DNA of 64,000 nt from the NCBI RefSeq assembly GCF_009914755.1, contig NC_060935.1. One strand, written 5' to 3'. This DNA is from the human T2T-CHM13v2.0 reference genome, Homo sapiens. Made by a program: the position numbers and the translations under genes. Below, in pieces: positions 12,600-25,131 of the stretch (position 1 is its first letter; each line of letters starts with the position of its first letter). The notes beneath the pieces are model-generated. The model saw nothing but the letters and a program-made list of their open reading frames with translations, was not told the origin of the DNA and searched no databases.

Positions 12600-15138
12600 C
12601 TCTAGGGCAAAGGCTGACCGACCTCCCACTCCTCTGAGCCCGTAGTCATTCCTAAGTGCAAGCTCTGTGGGCAACACGAGACAGAATCTATCCCAGAGGA
12701 GCCAGTGGGCAAAAGGATGGTCTTGTTCTTGTGCCTTGTATGTGCCAGGCTTCCTGCTTAACTTTTCACAAATACTACCTCATTTGCCTCCCTCTCCCCC
12801 TCCTACGTAAAATTTATTATCCTTATTTCATGACAGACAAAAAAAAAAAAAAAAAGGCTCAGTGAGGGAGGTAAATTGCCCAAATGCTCTGCGGTCACAA
12901 ATTGGAGAAATGGTGATCTGAAGCCAGTTCTGGCTGACTCCAAAGCCTGTGCCCTTCCACGGTACTGTGTCTTTCCAAGAGAAGCCCTGTCAGGCCGGAA
13001 GTGCTCAGATTTTCAAATCCAATGAAACTCTCCCTCAAGAGTCGGTGCATGGTCCTGCGAGGGTCTTTAGGACAGACTCTTTCTCCCTAGCCCAGAAATG
13101 TGCATCTGCTATTAGCTCCAGAGAAGAGGACTTCAACTCGATATCCTTAATGAATGTGCACCTTTGAGACAAGACGTGCTGAGTTTGCTCAGACAGCAAA
13201 CGCAGTCTGTAGGTGGCAACCCCCAAGCTAGGGCAGGAGGCCCTGGAGGAAGGGGGAGATTTCACACCCCAACTTCTAGGAAATTTTCCAGTCCTAAAGG
13301 AAGTATGTTCTGAAGCTTGAGTTATGTTCCAAGAAGGATCTTGACTCTTGGAAGAAGTGAGACAGAAGAAAAAAAGGACGCCTTGGTGTGGGGGCAAGGG
13401 GTGGGCGTCAGTGTGAGCAGCAGACTCTTATCCTGAGGAATGTGGAGAGTGGAAATGTCTGACCCATTGTGCAAATGAGCAGGAAACAAGTCTGGTCCCT
13501 TCCTACCCTCTGCCCCTCTTTATATATTACTTTCTCTGCTTCACCAGGAGAAATTCACATTCAACAAATACACATACATCATTTAATTGCCTGTCATAAA
13601 TTCTCATCTGTCCAGAGGGATAGAAATTTTCAAGGCATATTTAAAAACCATTTTTTTTTCTAGTAGGGAAATGTACCTAGATCTTTAGTGATACTGTAGA
13701 CAACCTGTTTGAAAATCTTTATAATCCAGGTGTGCTACTTTAATGTGCAAAAATACACCGTCAAGAATCTTGATGACAAAATCAGAATAAATTAAAAGTA
13801 GTATGTGGTAAATAAATGTTAGTTTTCTCCATCTCCTATTCTGTACTTAAAATGCTTCTATTTATTAAAGATTCTATTTACCATGTATTTTAGTAACAAC
13901 AAATTCTGTTTGGGTATAGCCTTTTGGGAAAACGCCTGTTGCACAAAGGTGTGTGTATAACGTGCCTGCCTCACTGCAGAGTGCGTGGTGAGGACTGCGT
14001 TTCTGTTCCCCACCTTGGGAGCACTCATACTTTCACATGCCTTATCTCACAGAGGCCATATGACAGGCTAAAGAGGCCACCAGAGCAGCTGGTTTTCTTC
14101 TTTCCTTAGAGATAAGCAAAGTGAGGGCCAAGAAGGCAGAGTGACTCTCCAGTGTCATCACTAGTGAGAGGCAGAACTGGGACTGGAAGCAGAAATCTGC
14201 CTGGGATGAACTAGCTGACATGTGGTGACTCCAGTGAAAATGCTCAACCTCTGCAGAAGCAGTTTGGGGTTCGTAGTCCTGACTCAGGCAGAAAAAAAAA
14301 ACAAAGAACCTGATTCTGGTCCACACTTTCCTACCCATCCCTAGTACGTTTGCCAAAAGAAAAAGGCAATGATGAAGATCATTTTCCCTACCTGACCACA
14401 TGTCTGGGAACCTAGGCTCTGAAAAAACCAGGTTGCCTTATCTGAAGGAGCTGCCTTACTTTGAAACAACAAATTGAAGTTTCTTCTCATCCTCAGTGTC
14501 CTCCCAGCCCATCAAATCCCTAGTAGCTTGAAGGGCTAGGCTAAGAGACAGCTTCAAAAGGGCAGAAATCACAGTGCATTTTTATCATCTATTTGAAGAT
14601 CTGCAGGGCAAGGCTTTTGATGTCAGCTGGCTTCCCTTGGTCTGTCATTCCTGGTGCCCAAGAACAATACTTGAGAGACAGGTCTGGATATCAGGAGCGT
14701 TCCTGCTCTTCTCAGATTCGGTACTAATTGTAGCTCTGTTCATTAAATGCTTTCTATTTGCTAGGTACTGGGCTAAGAGCTTTTCACAAAGCACACTGTA
14801 TCTTCACTTCCCTTTGCTGGGTCAGTATTATTATGCCTTATTTTACAGATGAAACCACTGAGGCTCAGAATGGATTACTAATCTGTCTGGGTCACTCTGC
14901 CAGTAAGTGGCATGGCTGGGATTTGAATTGAGGTCTGTCTGACTTCAAAGCTTCTCCCGCCCTTCTACTAAAAACTCTTAATAAAAGGATAAAATCAAAT
15001 TATTTTCCTGTGATTTTCCACATTATTTCTCTTCTATTAAGGACTGTACTTTGGCTATCTTTTAGATGAAAGCAAGAGTAATTTTGGAAAAACTTCTGTT
15101 CATAATCAAAACAACGATTCTCTATAGAGATCTACGTA

Positions 15139-17187
15139 AGGGCATTCCTTGTTTTATTTCACTTTGCTGTAGCGCATTTTGCAGATACCATATTTTTACA
15201 AATTGAAGGTTTGTGGCAATCCTGAGTCAAGCAAGCCCATTGGTGCCATTTTTCCAACAGCACATGCCCACCTCATGTTTCTGTTTCTCATTTTGGTAAT
15301 TGTTGTAACATTTCAAATGTTTAAACTATTACTATCTCTGTTATGGTGATCTGTGATCAGTGATCTTTGGTGTTACTATTGTAATTGTTCTGAGATGCCA
15401 CAAACTGTGTCTGGTGTAAGATGGCAAACCTAGTGATAAAGGTTTGTGTTCTGACTGCTCCACTGACTGGCCATTCCCTGTCTTTCTTCCTCTCCTCCGG
15501 CCTTTCTATTCCCTGAGACATAATGATATTGAAATTAGGCCAATTAATAACCCTACAATGGCCAAGTGAAAGAAAGAGTTGTGTGCCTCTCACTTTAAAT
15601 CTAAAGCTAGAAATAATTAAATTCAGTGAGGAAGTCATGTCAGAAGCTGAGACAGGCTGAAGGCTAGGTCTCTTGAGCCAAAGAGTTAGCCACATTGTGA
15701 ATGCAAAGGAAAAGTTCTTGAAGGAAATGAAAATTGCGACTCCATTGAACACACAAATGATAAGAAGGCAAAACAGCCTTTTTGCTGTTTTATGTTTTAT
15801 GGAGAAAGTTTTAGTGGTCTGGATAAAAGACCAAACCAGCCACAACACTCCCTTAAACCAAAGCCTAATCCAGAGCAAAGGCCCTAACTCTTTTCAATTC
15901 TGTGAAGTCTGAGAGAGACAAGGAAGCTGTCTAAGAAAAGTTTCAAGCAAGCAGAGGTTGGTTCATGAGGTTTAAGGAAAGAAGCAGCCTCCATAACATA
16001 AAAGTGCAAGGTGAAGCAGCACGTGCTGATGGGAGAAACTGCAGCAAGTTATCCAGAAAATCTAGCTAAGATTGTTGATGAAGGTGGCTACACTAAACAG
16101 CAGTTTTTCAACATAGACAAAACAGCCTTCTATTGGAAGAAGATGTCATCTAGGACTTTCATAGTTAGAGAGGAAAAGTCAATGCTTGGCTTGAAGCTTC
16201 AAAGGATAGGCTGACTCTCTTGTCAGGGGCTAATGCAGCTGGTGAGTTGAAGTTGAAGGCAGTGCTCATTTATCATTCCCAAAATCCCAGTGCCCTTAAG
16301 AATGATGCTAAATCTACTCTGCCTGTGCTCTTTAAATGTAATGACAAAGACTGGATGATGGCACATCTGTTTACAGCATGGTTTACTGAATGTTTTAAGC
16401 CCATTGTTGAGAGCTACTGCTCAGAAGAAAAGACTTCTTTTAAAATATTACCACTTACTGACAATGTACCTGGTCACCCAAGAGCTCTGATGGAGATAAC
16501 TAAGGAGATGAATGTTGTTTTCATGCCTGCTCATGTAACACCCATTCTTCAGCTCGTGGATCAAAAAGTAATTTTGACTTTCAAATCGTATTGTTTAAGA
16601 AACACATTTTATAAGACTATAGCTGCCATAGATAGTGATTCCTCTGATGGATCTGGGCAAAGCAAATTGAAAACTTTCTGGAAAGGATTTACCAATCTAA
16701 ATACCATTAAGAATGCTCAAGATTCATAGGAGAGGGGTGAAATATTAACAAGAGTTTGGAAGAAACTGATTCCAGCTCTCACGGGTGACTTTGAGAAATT
16801 CAGGACTTCAGTGGAGGAAGTAACTGCAGGTGTGTTGGTAGTAGCAAGAAAAATAGAAGTGGAGCCTCAAGATGTAACTGAATTGCTGCCATCTCATGAT
16901 AAAACTTTTATGGATGAGGAGTTGCTTCTTATGGATGAGCAAAGAGAGTGGTTTCTTGTGATGGAAACTACTCTTGATGAAGATGCTGTGAACATTGTTG
17001 AAATGACTGCAAAGAATTTAGAATATCATATCAACATAGTTGATAAGGCAGAAGCAGGGTTTGAGAGGACCGACTCCAGTTTTGAAAGAAATTCTACTGT
17101 GGGTAAAATGCTGTCAAACAACATTCCATTGTACAGAGAAATCTTTCAGGAAAGGAAGAATCGATACATGAGGCAAACTTCATTGTT
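15139..17187 (+). mobile_element. Tigger1 DNA transposon, near full length, 3'-truncated, with frameshifted transposase
   Basis: 5' TIR after TA. ORFs 15673-15912, 16011-16214, 16220-16729 and 16811-17230 translate to Tigger1 transposase ([62 protein letters not shown]). No 3' TIR found. Confidence 0.92.
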
Positions 17188-18097
17188 TACAGAGTACCCA
17201 CCGTGTGCACTGGTCTCACGTACACAGTGACCACACACCTGTATGGTCTGGATAACCCTGTAATAAATATTGTCTATAAATAACCAAGAGGCTGAAGCTT
17301 AGAGAGGGGACTCAACTTGCCCAAGGCCAGACAGCTTCAAGGCTCAGTTTCAGAAACCAAGACTCCCTGGTCACAACAGAACCCTCCAACTACAGGATGC
17401 AGCAGCTTCTGTGTGTGACTGGATTGTGGTCTAGGCTTGAGGTAGGGAGTGAGGTGGGGACAGGGTGTGTGGGGACCTGGAAAAGCAGAAGGAGACAGAC
17501 AAGACTTTATTCCCAAACACTGCCTCCTCAGAAAACTTTAAAAAGAGAAGTTTACCTTTGCAATCTGGAGGAGGTTTTCATGTTTCAGCTCATGCTGAAT
17601 TGTTTTATGCCTTAGCTATAAACCTCCGACAGAGAGAGTGCGGGGGCAAGGCTGACCCAACTTTAAGTATGGCTGTGCTGCTGTAAAGCTCAGGTTACGA
17701 GGATCACTTCTGGTGCCAAGGCAGTTTAACAAGTATGAATGTGCATAATTCATTCCAGTTGTCCTGCCTCGGCACAGAAGGGCTATTTCTGGGGTGGAGC
17801 TCCCTACACTTCTGCCAATGTGGTTCCCATTACTGGATCCGGTGCCTTGCTGAAGTTCCCTCCATGCCCAGGAAGGGCCTGTTTTATCACAACTGCCAAA
17901 CCATCGGTTCTCTGTAAAGGTTTGGAGGGGTTCTGTATTCCAAGAGGCGAAGTCAATGCTTGGTGTAAAGCATTGCTTGGTTGTGAGGGTGGGCTCTCAT
18001 GAAAAAAAGCACCCAATCTCACCCGTCCCAAGAAATCTTTCCAAAACCCAATTGCTATTGTCCAGTCTCTAGCCAATCTAAGTACAGGCACTCCCAT

Positions 18098-19105
18098 TTT
18101 CTATTTTGAAAAATCTCAACCCTAAGGAAAAGTTGAAAGAATAGTGCAGAAAAGCCCATATACTCTTCATCTAAATCTGTCAGTTAATATATTGCCACAT
18201 TACTTCATCTCGATGCATAAAAAGTTTTTCTGAATCATCTGAAAGTTGTAGACTTCAGTACACTTTATATCAGCACACATCTCCTAAGAATAAGAGCATT
18301 CTATCATCTAACCACAATATGACTATTAATGAATAATTATTCCATATCACCTAACATACATACTATAGTTTAAAATTTCTCCAATTCTTCCCAACTGTCT
18401 TTTTTTTTTTTTTTTTGAGACGGAGTCTTGCTCTGTTGCCCAGGCTGGAATGCAGTGGCAGTGATCTCGGCTCACTGCAAGCTCCGTCTCCCGGGTTCAT
18501 GCCAGTCTCCTGCCTTAGCCTCCCAGTAGCTGGACTACAGGCACCCGCCACCGCGCCTGGCTAATTTTTGTATTTTTAGTAGAGATGGGGTCTCACAGTG
18601 TTAGCCAGGATGGTCTCGATCTCCTGACCTCGTGATCTGCCTGCCTTGGCCTCCCAAAGTGCTGGGATTACAGGCGTGAGCCACTGCGCCCGGCCCCCAA
18701 CTGTCTTTTTTATAGCATTTAGAAAAACAGGATTCAATCACTTGTAAGAGTCAAGTTTTTGGCTGATTTCTTTAGTCTCTTTTAATCTACCAGAGCCTCC
18801 TACCCACCCAAATACTCATCAGTCCTTTTGTTCATGGTATTAGCCTTTTTGAAAGTCCAGGCCAGTTATTCTGTAAAATGTCCTGCATTCTGGATGTGTC
18901 TGATTGTTTTCTCATAATTGGATTCAGGTTACATGTTTTTGGCAAGTGTACCTCATGTGTGATGAGACGTACATCTTACTGCGTCATATTAGGATGGCTC
19001 ACTAATGGAGTGCTAAGTTTGGTCACTTGGTTAAGGTGGTGATTCCTAATCTCCCCACTATAAAGTAACTCTTTTCCCTTTGTAATTAGTAAGTAATTTG
19101 TGACA
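18098..19105 (-). mobile_element. Old L1M (L1MC/ME-like) 3' fragment interrupted by an AluY
   Basis: L1 3'UTR-like sequence (ctattttgaaaaatctcaa...gaaaagttgaaagaatag; tctccccactataaagtaactc). Confidence 0.6.
18400..18695 (-). mobile_element. AluY
   Basis: Y diagnostics (gcaagctcc, ttagccaggatggtctcgatctcctgacctcgtgat); TSD cccaactgtctttt. Confidence 0.9.
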
Positions 19106-21493
19106 CAAAGCCCAGTCTCTTTAGATCATTTACTTAAACTGCCTCTGCCAGCTCCCCTCCCATCTATCCTCCTCTGGTTTTAGCCTCCACATTCTGAAAA
19201 TGCCCTTACCAAAGTCGCCAGTGGTCACATGGATGCCAAACTCAATAGGCATTTTCATATTTGCGTTTTGAACCCTCAGCAGGACTGGATGTTAATGCTC
19301 AGGCCCTTCCTTGAGGGCAGGAGCACTGTCTTATATATGTCAGTACTCTAGGGACCAGCTCAGTATTTGACACACAGTAGGTGTGCTAGAAATCTTTGTG
19401 TAATGAATAAATGAATACATACATTGAGAGGAAGTCAAGATTGGGAATCAGAAGGCGTGGATTTGAATCCCAGCTCTGCAACTTTCCATAAAATAAAAGG
19501 GTTGATCTAAATCAGTGGGTTTCAAACTTGGAAAAAATCCTAATATTAGAAGTTATCTTTAAATAGGATCTTTATTCAGAAGCAAATGTAGGAAACTGAT
19601 CAAAGGGAGCAAGCTGCTTTTGTTGAAGCAGGCAGCAGAGGCTAAATGGTGTTGCTCACAAGACTAGGGGCTTGGGGAAGGATCAGAGGGGCTCAAGAAG
19701 TAGGGAAAGGGTGAATTCTGGTAGGCCATGGCTGCCAGGTGAAGTTGGAACTGAAATCTGCAGCATTAGGTTTCAGCAATGAAAGGAACAGCTGGGAAAA
19801 ACAGCCTGGTCTGGTTAGTTGTGGGCCTGCTGCATTTGGAGAAAGAAACAAGCCAAGCTAGGAAAGCACAGTACAGAACTGGGTGCAGGGGGAGGTGGGA
19901 AGTCAGGAATGATCACTGTCCTCTCTCTGTCTCGGTTTCCTCCTCTGAAGTCCTTTGTCATTTGAATGCTCTTTGATTCTCTCTCTCCATTATTCCAGTG
20001 TTCCCCTTTGGTTGGCGGGGCGGGGGGTGCATCAATGGATGATGAGCAGGGTCAGCAGAGGCCTCCTGTGTTCTGAGGGGGCTCTAAGGGACTCAGGGCC
20101 ATTCCACTGAGTGATTTGATGACCTGAGAAGCCTGCCCATTGTCCAGGCCTTAAAGGGCCACTGCCCCTTACCATTAACCCACCTCAGGACAAAGGCCAT
20201 CACCAGCTCAGACAAATAAGCTGCTTAGCCAGACCTCATGCATCATCTTGTCATCCACACAGGGCCCAATAGAGGCATCTGAACAGAGCAGAGAGCCGGA
20301 GTGCAACTCAGCGGTTTCCATTCAGGGGCCTCTGGCCAGGGGTCATAAACTGCTCCCAAAATGTGCATGCAGCTTGATCCTCTGTGCAGCAGGGTAGGGT
20401 ATAGTGCAGGGCGGGGGGAGAATAAATCCCTGATCTGCTTTAGAGGTTCCCTTAGACCCTATGGCTGCCTGAGGGTTGTCAAGAAAGGGAGAGATGGCTG
20501 TTAGATAAGGGAGGCAGTCTGGTGGGAGTGAGAAAAGATTGTGAAGAGCCAGGCACACCTGGGATGCAAAAATGCCACTTACTATCTCTGTGACCTTGGG
20601 CAAGTTATTGTATCTTTCTTAGGCTCTGTTGAGTAAAACACTAACCAGAAAAATGACAACAATGATAGAAATTTCCATTTATTAAGACTGTACGATAACT
20701 GGGCACTTTGCTAAGTACTTCACATATATTATTTCACATTGAATTCTAATACCACCAATGATGTAGGTATTATTAATATTATCCCTGTTTTACACATAAG
20801 GGAAAAATGAAAACTCCGAGGTTAAAAGCATTTGCTAAAGATCACAGCTAATAATGACAGAGCCAACATTCAAACCCACACTCTTAGCTCTTCTGCTCTA
20901 GAGCCTCCCAGCTGAGCAGACTCAATGGAATGAGAAAGGCGAAGCCCCTGGCACACTGTAGGTGCTCAGGAATGGGATTTGCTCATCTGTTCTGCTGTCC
21001 AAAGGTGTGATCAGGCCCTCTTTGATTCCAGCACACCTGCCTGCAGGTTATGTTGCTTGTCTCCTCCCACATCAAACCCCGGGAAAATGCAGCGTGCTCA
21101 AGGGCTGCTCCCTGAGAGCTGGAAGGGGATGGATGGAGAGTGGGCTGTAAAGCTGGCCTTTGCCATGGCAGCCCTTCCTTCCTAGAAAGGAAGAGAGCCT
21201 TGCCTTGTCCCCCTGTCTGCGCAGAGGACTGCAGTGCTTCCTTCATGTGTGCCCAATGCACATGGCTGCCCATGGTGGGCACAGATGAGGTCTGACCAGA
21301 GTTCACTCTCCAGCACAGGACCCCACACAGAGCACACACCAGGAAGAGTCTGCTAAATGAATGGACAGATGAATGAATGAATGGAGGAAATAAACACTTC
21401 CAGACCCCACAATTAGGTTGGGAGCATTTGGTTACACACAAATAACAGACATGCAAAGTCTGTATGTCTAGGCTCATCCTTATACCAGAGCTC

Positions 21494-21886
21494 TGGTCTT
21501 AGTCGGCTTAGGCTGCTGTACCAAAATTCCATAGACTAGGTTGCTTAAATAATAGAAATTTATTTTCCCATAGTTCTGAAGGCTGGGAAGTCCAAGATCA
21601 AGGTTCTGATGGGATTCGGTTTCTGGTGAGGGCTCTCTTCGTGGCTTGTAGATGGTCACTTTCTTGCTGTGTCTCACATGGAGGAGAGAGAGCTCTTTGG
21701 GGTCTCTTCCTCTTTTATAAGGACACTGGTTCTATCTGATCAGGGCTCTACCCTTATGACCTTATTTAATCTTAATCACCTCCTTAAAGGCCTTATCTCT
21801 GATGCCATCACATAGAGAGTTAGAGCTTCAACACATGAATTTGAGGGTGGTGAATGTTGATGGTGAACACAATTCAGTCCATAGGA
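21494..21886 (-). mobile_element. MLT1A-type MaLR LTR
   Basis: gtcttagtc...ggctgctgta...gaaatttattttcccatagttctgaaggctgggaagtccaagatcaagg...cacaattcagtccatag matches recalled MLT1A/A0. Confidence 0.8.
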
Positions 21887-23567
21887 GCCCTATAGATACA
21901 TAAAAGTAAAGTTCACTTCCAGATAAGCCTGAATGTGCAAACTTGCCTGTGTTCCTCAGTAGTTAGCACCTTTCTCTAGGAAGTTCCCCCAACCTCCCAG
22001 TTTGCATTACACCTCTGTAGCCCCACACACCCTGGCACACTCCGTCACCAGTTCCCCTTACTAGTGGCTGCTTCAGGGCAAACTGTTTAGTGTGTTTCTG
22101 TCTCCCCAACAGGGGTGAGCTGACTGCTTTCTATCCTCCATGGACCCTGGCACACAGTAGGTCCTTAACAAAAAATTTGCTGAGTTGAATTGGTTCTGAG
22201 GGTCAACAAGCCTCATTTTTCCTCCATATCACTCGAAATCAGAAAGACCTTCCCTATTTTCACTCTGATTAGTGAGGCTTTGGTCTTTTCTGCCGACATC
22301 ACCAGACACTGACCAGAGGCTGTGTTGAATCTGCATGAAAGTAATAAACTCGAGGAAGGATAGGGCTCTGGGAAGAAGGGCTGGGGCTGCCCTGCTAAGG
22401 ATCAGGACCCGAGCTGCCAGCAGCGGGAAACCCAGGGAGGGCACTAGCAGGGGCTCTTTGAGAGGTAACAGCTGGAACAACGTGAGGGATGGATTAAAGG
22501 GAGAGACAGGGGCAGGGAGGCCAGAAGGATGCTACTGAAGCGGTCCAGGAGAAAGGAGACATAGTAGGAATGTTTTGGCTAAGAGGAGCAGCATTTTGTA
22601 AAACTAGCAAATAGACAGGGATCATCTCCACTTCCATTTTTGCTCCTTCTCAGGATAATAGCAGACCGGTGATCACAACTTTAGTTTTGATGAGATAACC
22701 TCCTTATCTCCTAAAAATGGTCTCTATTATTTTCCAAGAGAAGACCAGTAAACACTAAACACCTGCCTTGATCTCAGTGTCTTAGATGTTTTCCTGTTTC
22801 TCCTTTATCCTAGCAAACTCCCCAGGTTGCTATTCTTATTCCCATTTTATAGATGGGCAACTGGGTAAGAGAGGTAAGCTTGGTGAGGTCACTGAGATAG
22901 TGGGGAAAGGAGCTTGGTTCACATCAGGTATGCATTCCCCCAAGGTTCCACTGGGGCATCTGAAGAAGGGTTTCTGGAAGTGCAAATATAGGTACTGTTG
23001 TTGTTAGCTGGTTAGCAGCTTCCCAGAGTTATTTATAGAAATAGGATCCACCAGGAAAGAGGGAGTGGAGCATAAATGAATTACCAGTCATTTTCCTTTC
23101 CTTTCAACTCTGGGGGAAGGCCAGCTGACCAGAAGGAAAAAGCATCACAGCGTTTCATCTGGTACCAAACATCAGCACTCCACCGCTGGAACTATGGGGA
23201 CTGGAAACAGCATACGGGCTCCAGCAAGAGCATCTGAAGCTTTGTCTCTGAGACTACATGCTATGTTTGTTTAGCTGGTGCCTTGGGCTTACTGTCCCAC
23301 CCGAAATCTCTGGAAATCACCCAGGAGGGGGAGGGGGATTAAAGATCATGACTCCCAGGCTGAGCTGTTAATTGCTGGGGCTCTTCCAAGCCAGGAGGGG
23401 TAAGAGTGTAGGAATCTGCTTGCCTCCCAGGAGTATCTGGCCAAAAACTTTTGGGGTCCAGAAAGGGAATAAGGAAACTGACATTCACTGGGCATCTATT
23501 ATATAGCAATCACTGTGAGAGAAGCCTTATCCATATTTTCTCATTTATACCACAATTTTGTGAAGTA

Positions 23568-23867
23568 CAACTGCCCCTCCAAATCCATGGACTCAACCAA
23601 TGGTTGACTGAATATCAAAAATAGTCAGAAAAAAAAGTATAAAATTTAAAAATACAATATAACAACTATTTACATAGCATTCACATTGTTAAGTATTATA
23701 AGTAATATAGAGATGATTAAATTATACAAGAGGATGTCTGTAAGTTATATGCAAATACTATGCCATTTTATATCAGGGCTTGAGCATCTAGATTTTAGTA
23801 TCCCTGGAGGTTGCTGTTGCGGGGAGGGTCCTGGAACCAATCCCCTGTGGATCAAGAGAGAAGACTG
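23568..23867 (+). mobile_element. MER2 (TcMar-Tigger) element inside a MIR
   Basis: TA-flanked (ta|caactg ... gactg|ta); interior aacaactatttacatagcatt...tatgcaaatactatgccattttatatcaggg. Confidence 0.8.
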
Positions 23868-25080
23868 TACTATTCTCCATTTTACAGACGAGACTGAGGC
23901 CCAGAGAGGTGAAGCAAATTGCCCAAGACTACACAGCACAGACCTGTAAACCTCCACAACCTATTTTTCCCTGCCATTGCTCCACATTGTGCCATTTCTG
24001 TTTTTCTTCTGGCTTCAGTCCTTTTAGGCCTTATAAAGCAGAGGGAATTTTTTTTAGTTGTTTAATCTCAAACACCTATATAAATAATGGCAGTTCAGAA
24101 GGAGAGGAAGGGAAGGGAGAAAAGGAAGCCACAAAGTTTCCTGGTTTAAACTGGGAGCCATTAACCAGTAATGGGGGATCCAGCTGAGCTCAAAGCACCC
24201 AGCTCAGACATGATGACAGGGGCAGAGGGCAGGGGGCTGCCTGGGGAAGGGTGGGAACAGATGGCTCCCAAAGACCACGTTTAGGAAATGGAAGAAGGAT
24301 GGGCCTGAGAGCAGCGAGAGATGTTTATTCTCAAGGTGAGCAGGCTGTGTGGGGGCAGCATTAAAATCCTACAGAGTACTGGAAAAAGCCACAGAGCTGT
24401 GTACCCAAGGGATGTGATTTCAGGTGATTACAGTGAGAACAAACATTAAATAACACCGAGTCACATGCAGAATAGCTTCTATTTTCTTTCAACCCTTTGG
24501 ATGATGTCAAAGAGGAAGTCTAAGTTGGGAACTAGTGTGTTTTCACCACCTATCAGTTGCCAATGTCCTTGTTTAATGCAGAGAGGCAAATCTCTCCTCA
24601 CTGTCCTTGAGCAGACATTCTGTCACCAGAATGGGATAACCTGCTTTCATAGTATTTATTTTTACAGTTACCTTCTATTTATGGCAAGTCATACACTTGC
24701 CATATGGCAAGTGGAATGCAGCAGTAATATACAATTTCCTTTTGAAATAAAAAAATTCACTAAAGGAGAAAAAGTTTGGAAAAGGCAGCAGTTTAAAGGA
24801 ACATAAATAACCATTTAGGTGGGCACACCGCTGTGGCACAGACTAAGACAGTGACACAGAAATGAATATGGTTTGGGAAATGCTGGTTTCATCCAGTTCT
24901 CTCACTGCTCAGACTAGAAAGCCGAAGAACCAACAGATGAGCCTTTTGCAAGGTGACACAGCAGGCTAGAGGCAGAACTGGGATCAAAGCAGATCTCCTG
25001 CTTCCAGGCCTGTGCCTCTCTGTAAGCAGGTTTTCATGATGAGGCTTCTCCAGATGAAGTTTGTAACTGGGAAACTGAGC

Positions 25081-25131
25081 TCACATGATAGCAGCGGGCC
25101 TCACATGATGGCAGTGAGCCTCACATGTTGG
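25081..25131. repeat. 20-bp tandem repeat, about 2.5 copies
   Basis: tcacatgatagcagcgggcc / tcacatgatggcagtgagcc / tcacatgttgg. Confidence 0.85.

Noticed and set aside
15357-17230. Cluster of ORFs as a novel transposase (TIGD-like) gene
   Set aside because: Fragments of a decayed Tigger1 with several frameshifts and stops; the minus-strand ORF is just the antisense reading.
25081-25131. CRISPR-like repeat-spacer array
   Set aside because: A simple 20-bp tandem duplication with no unique spacers, in human DNA with no cas genes.
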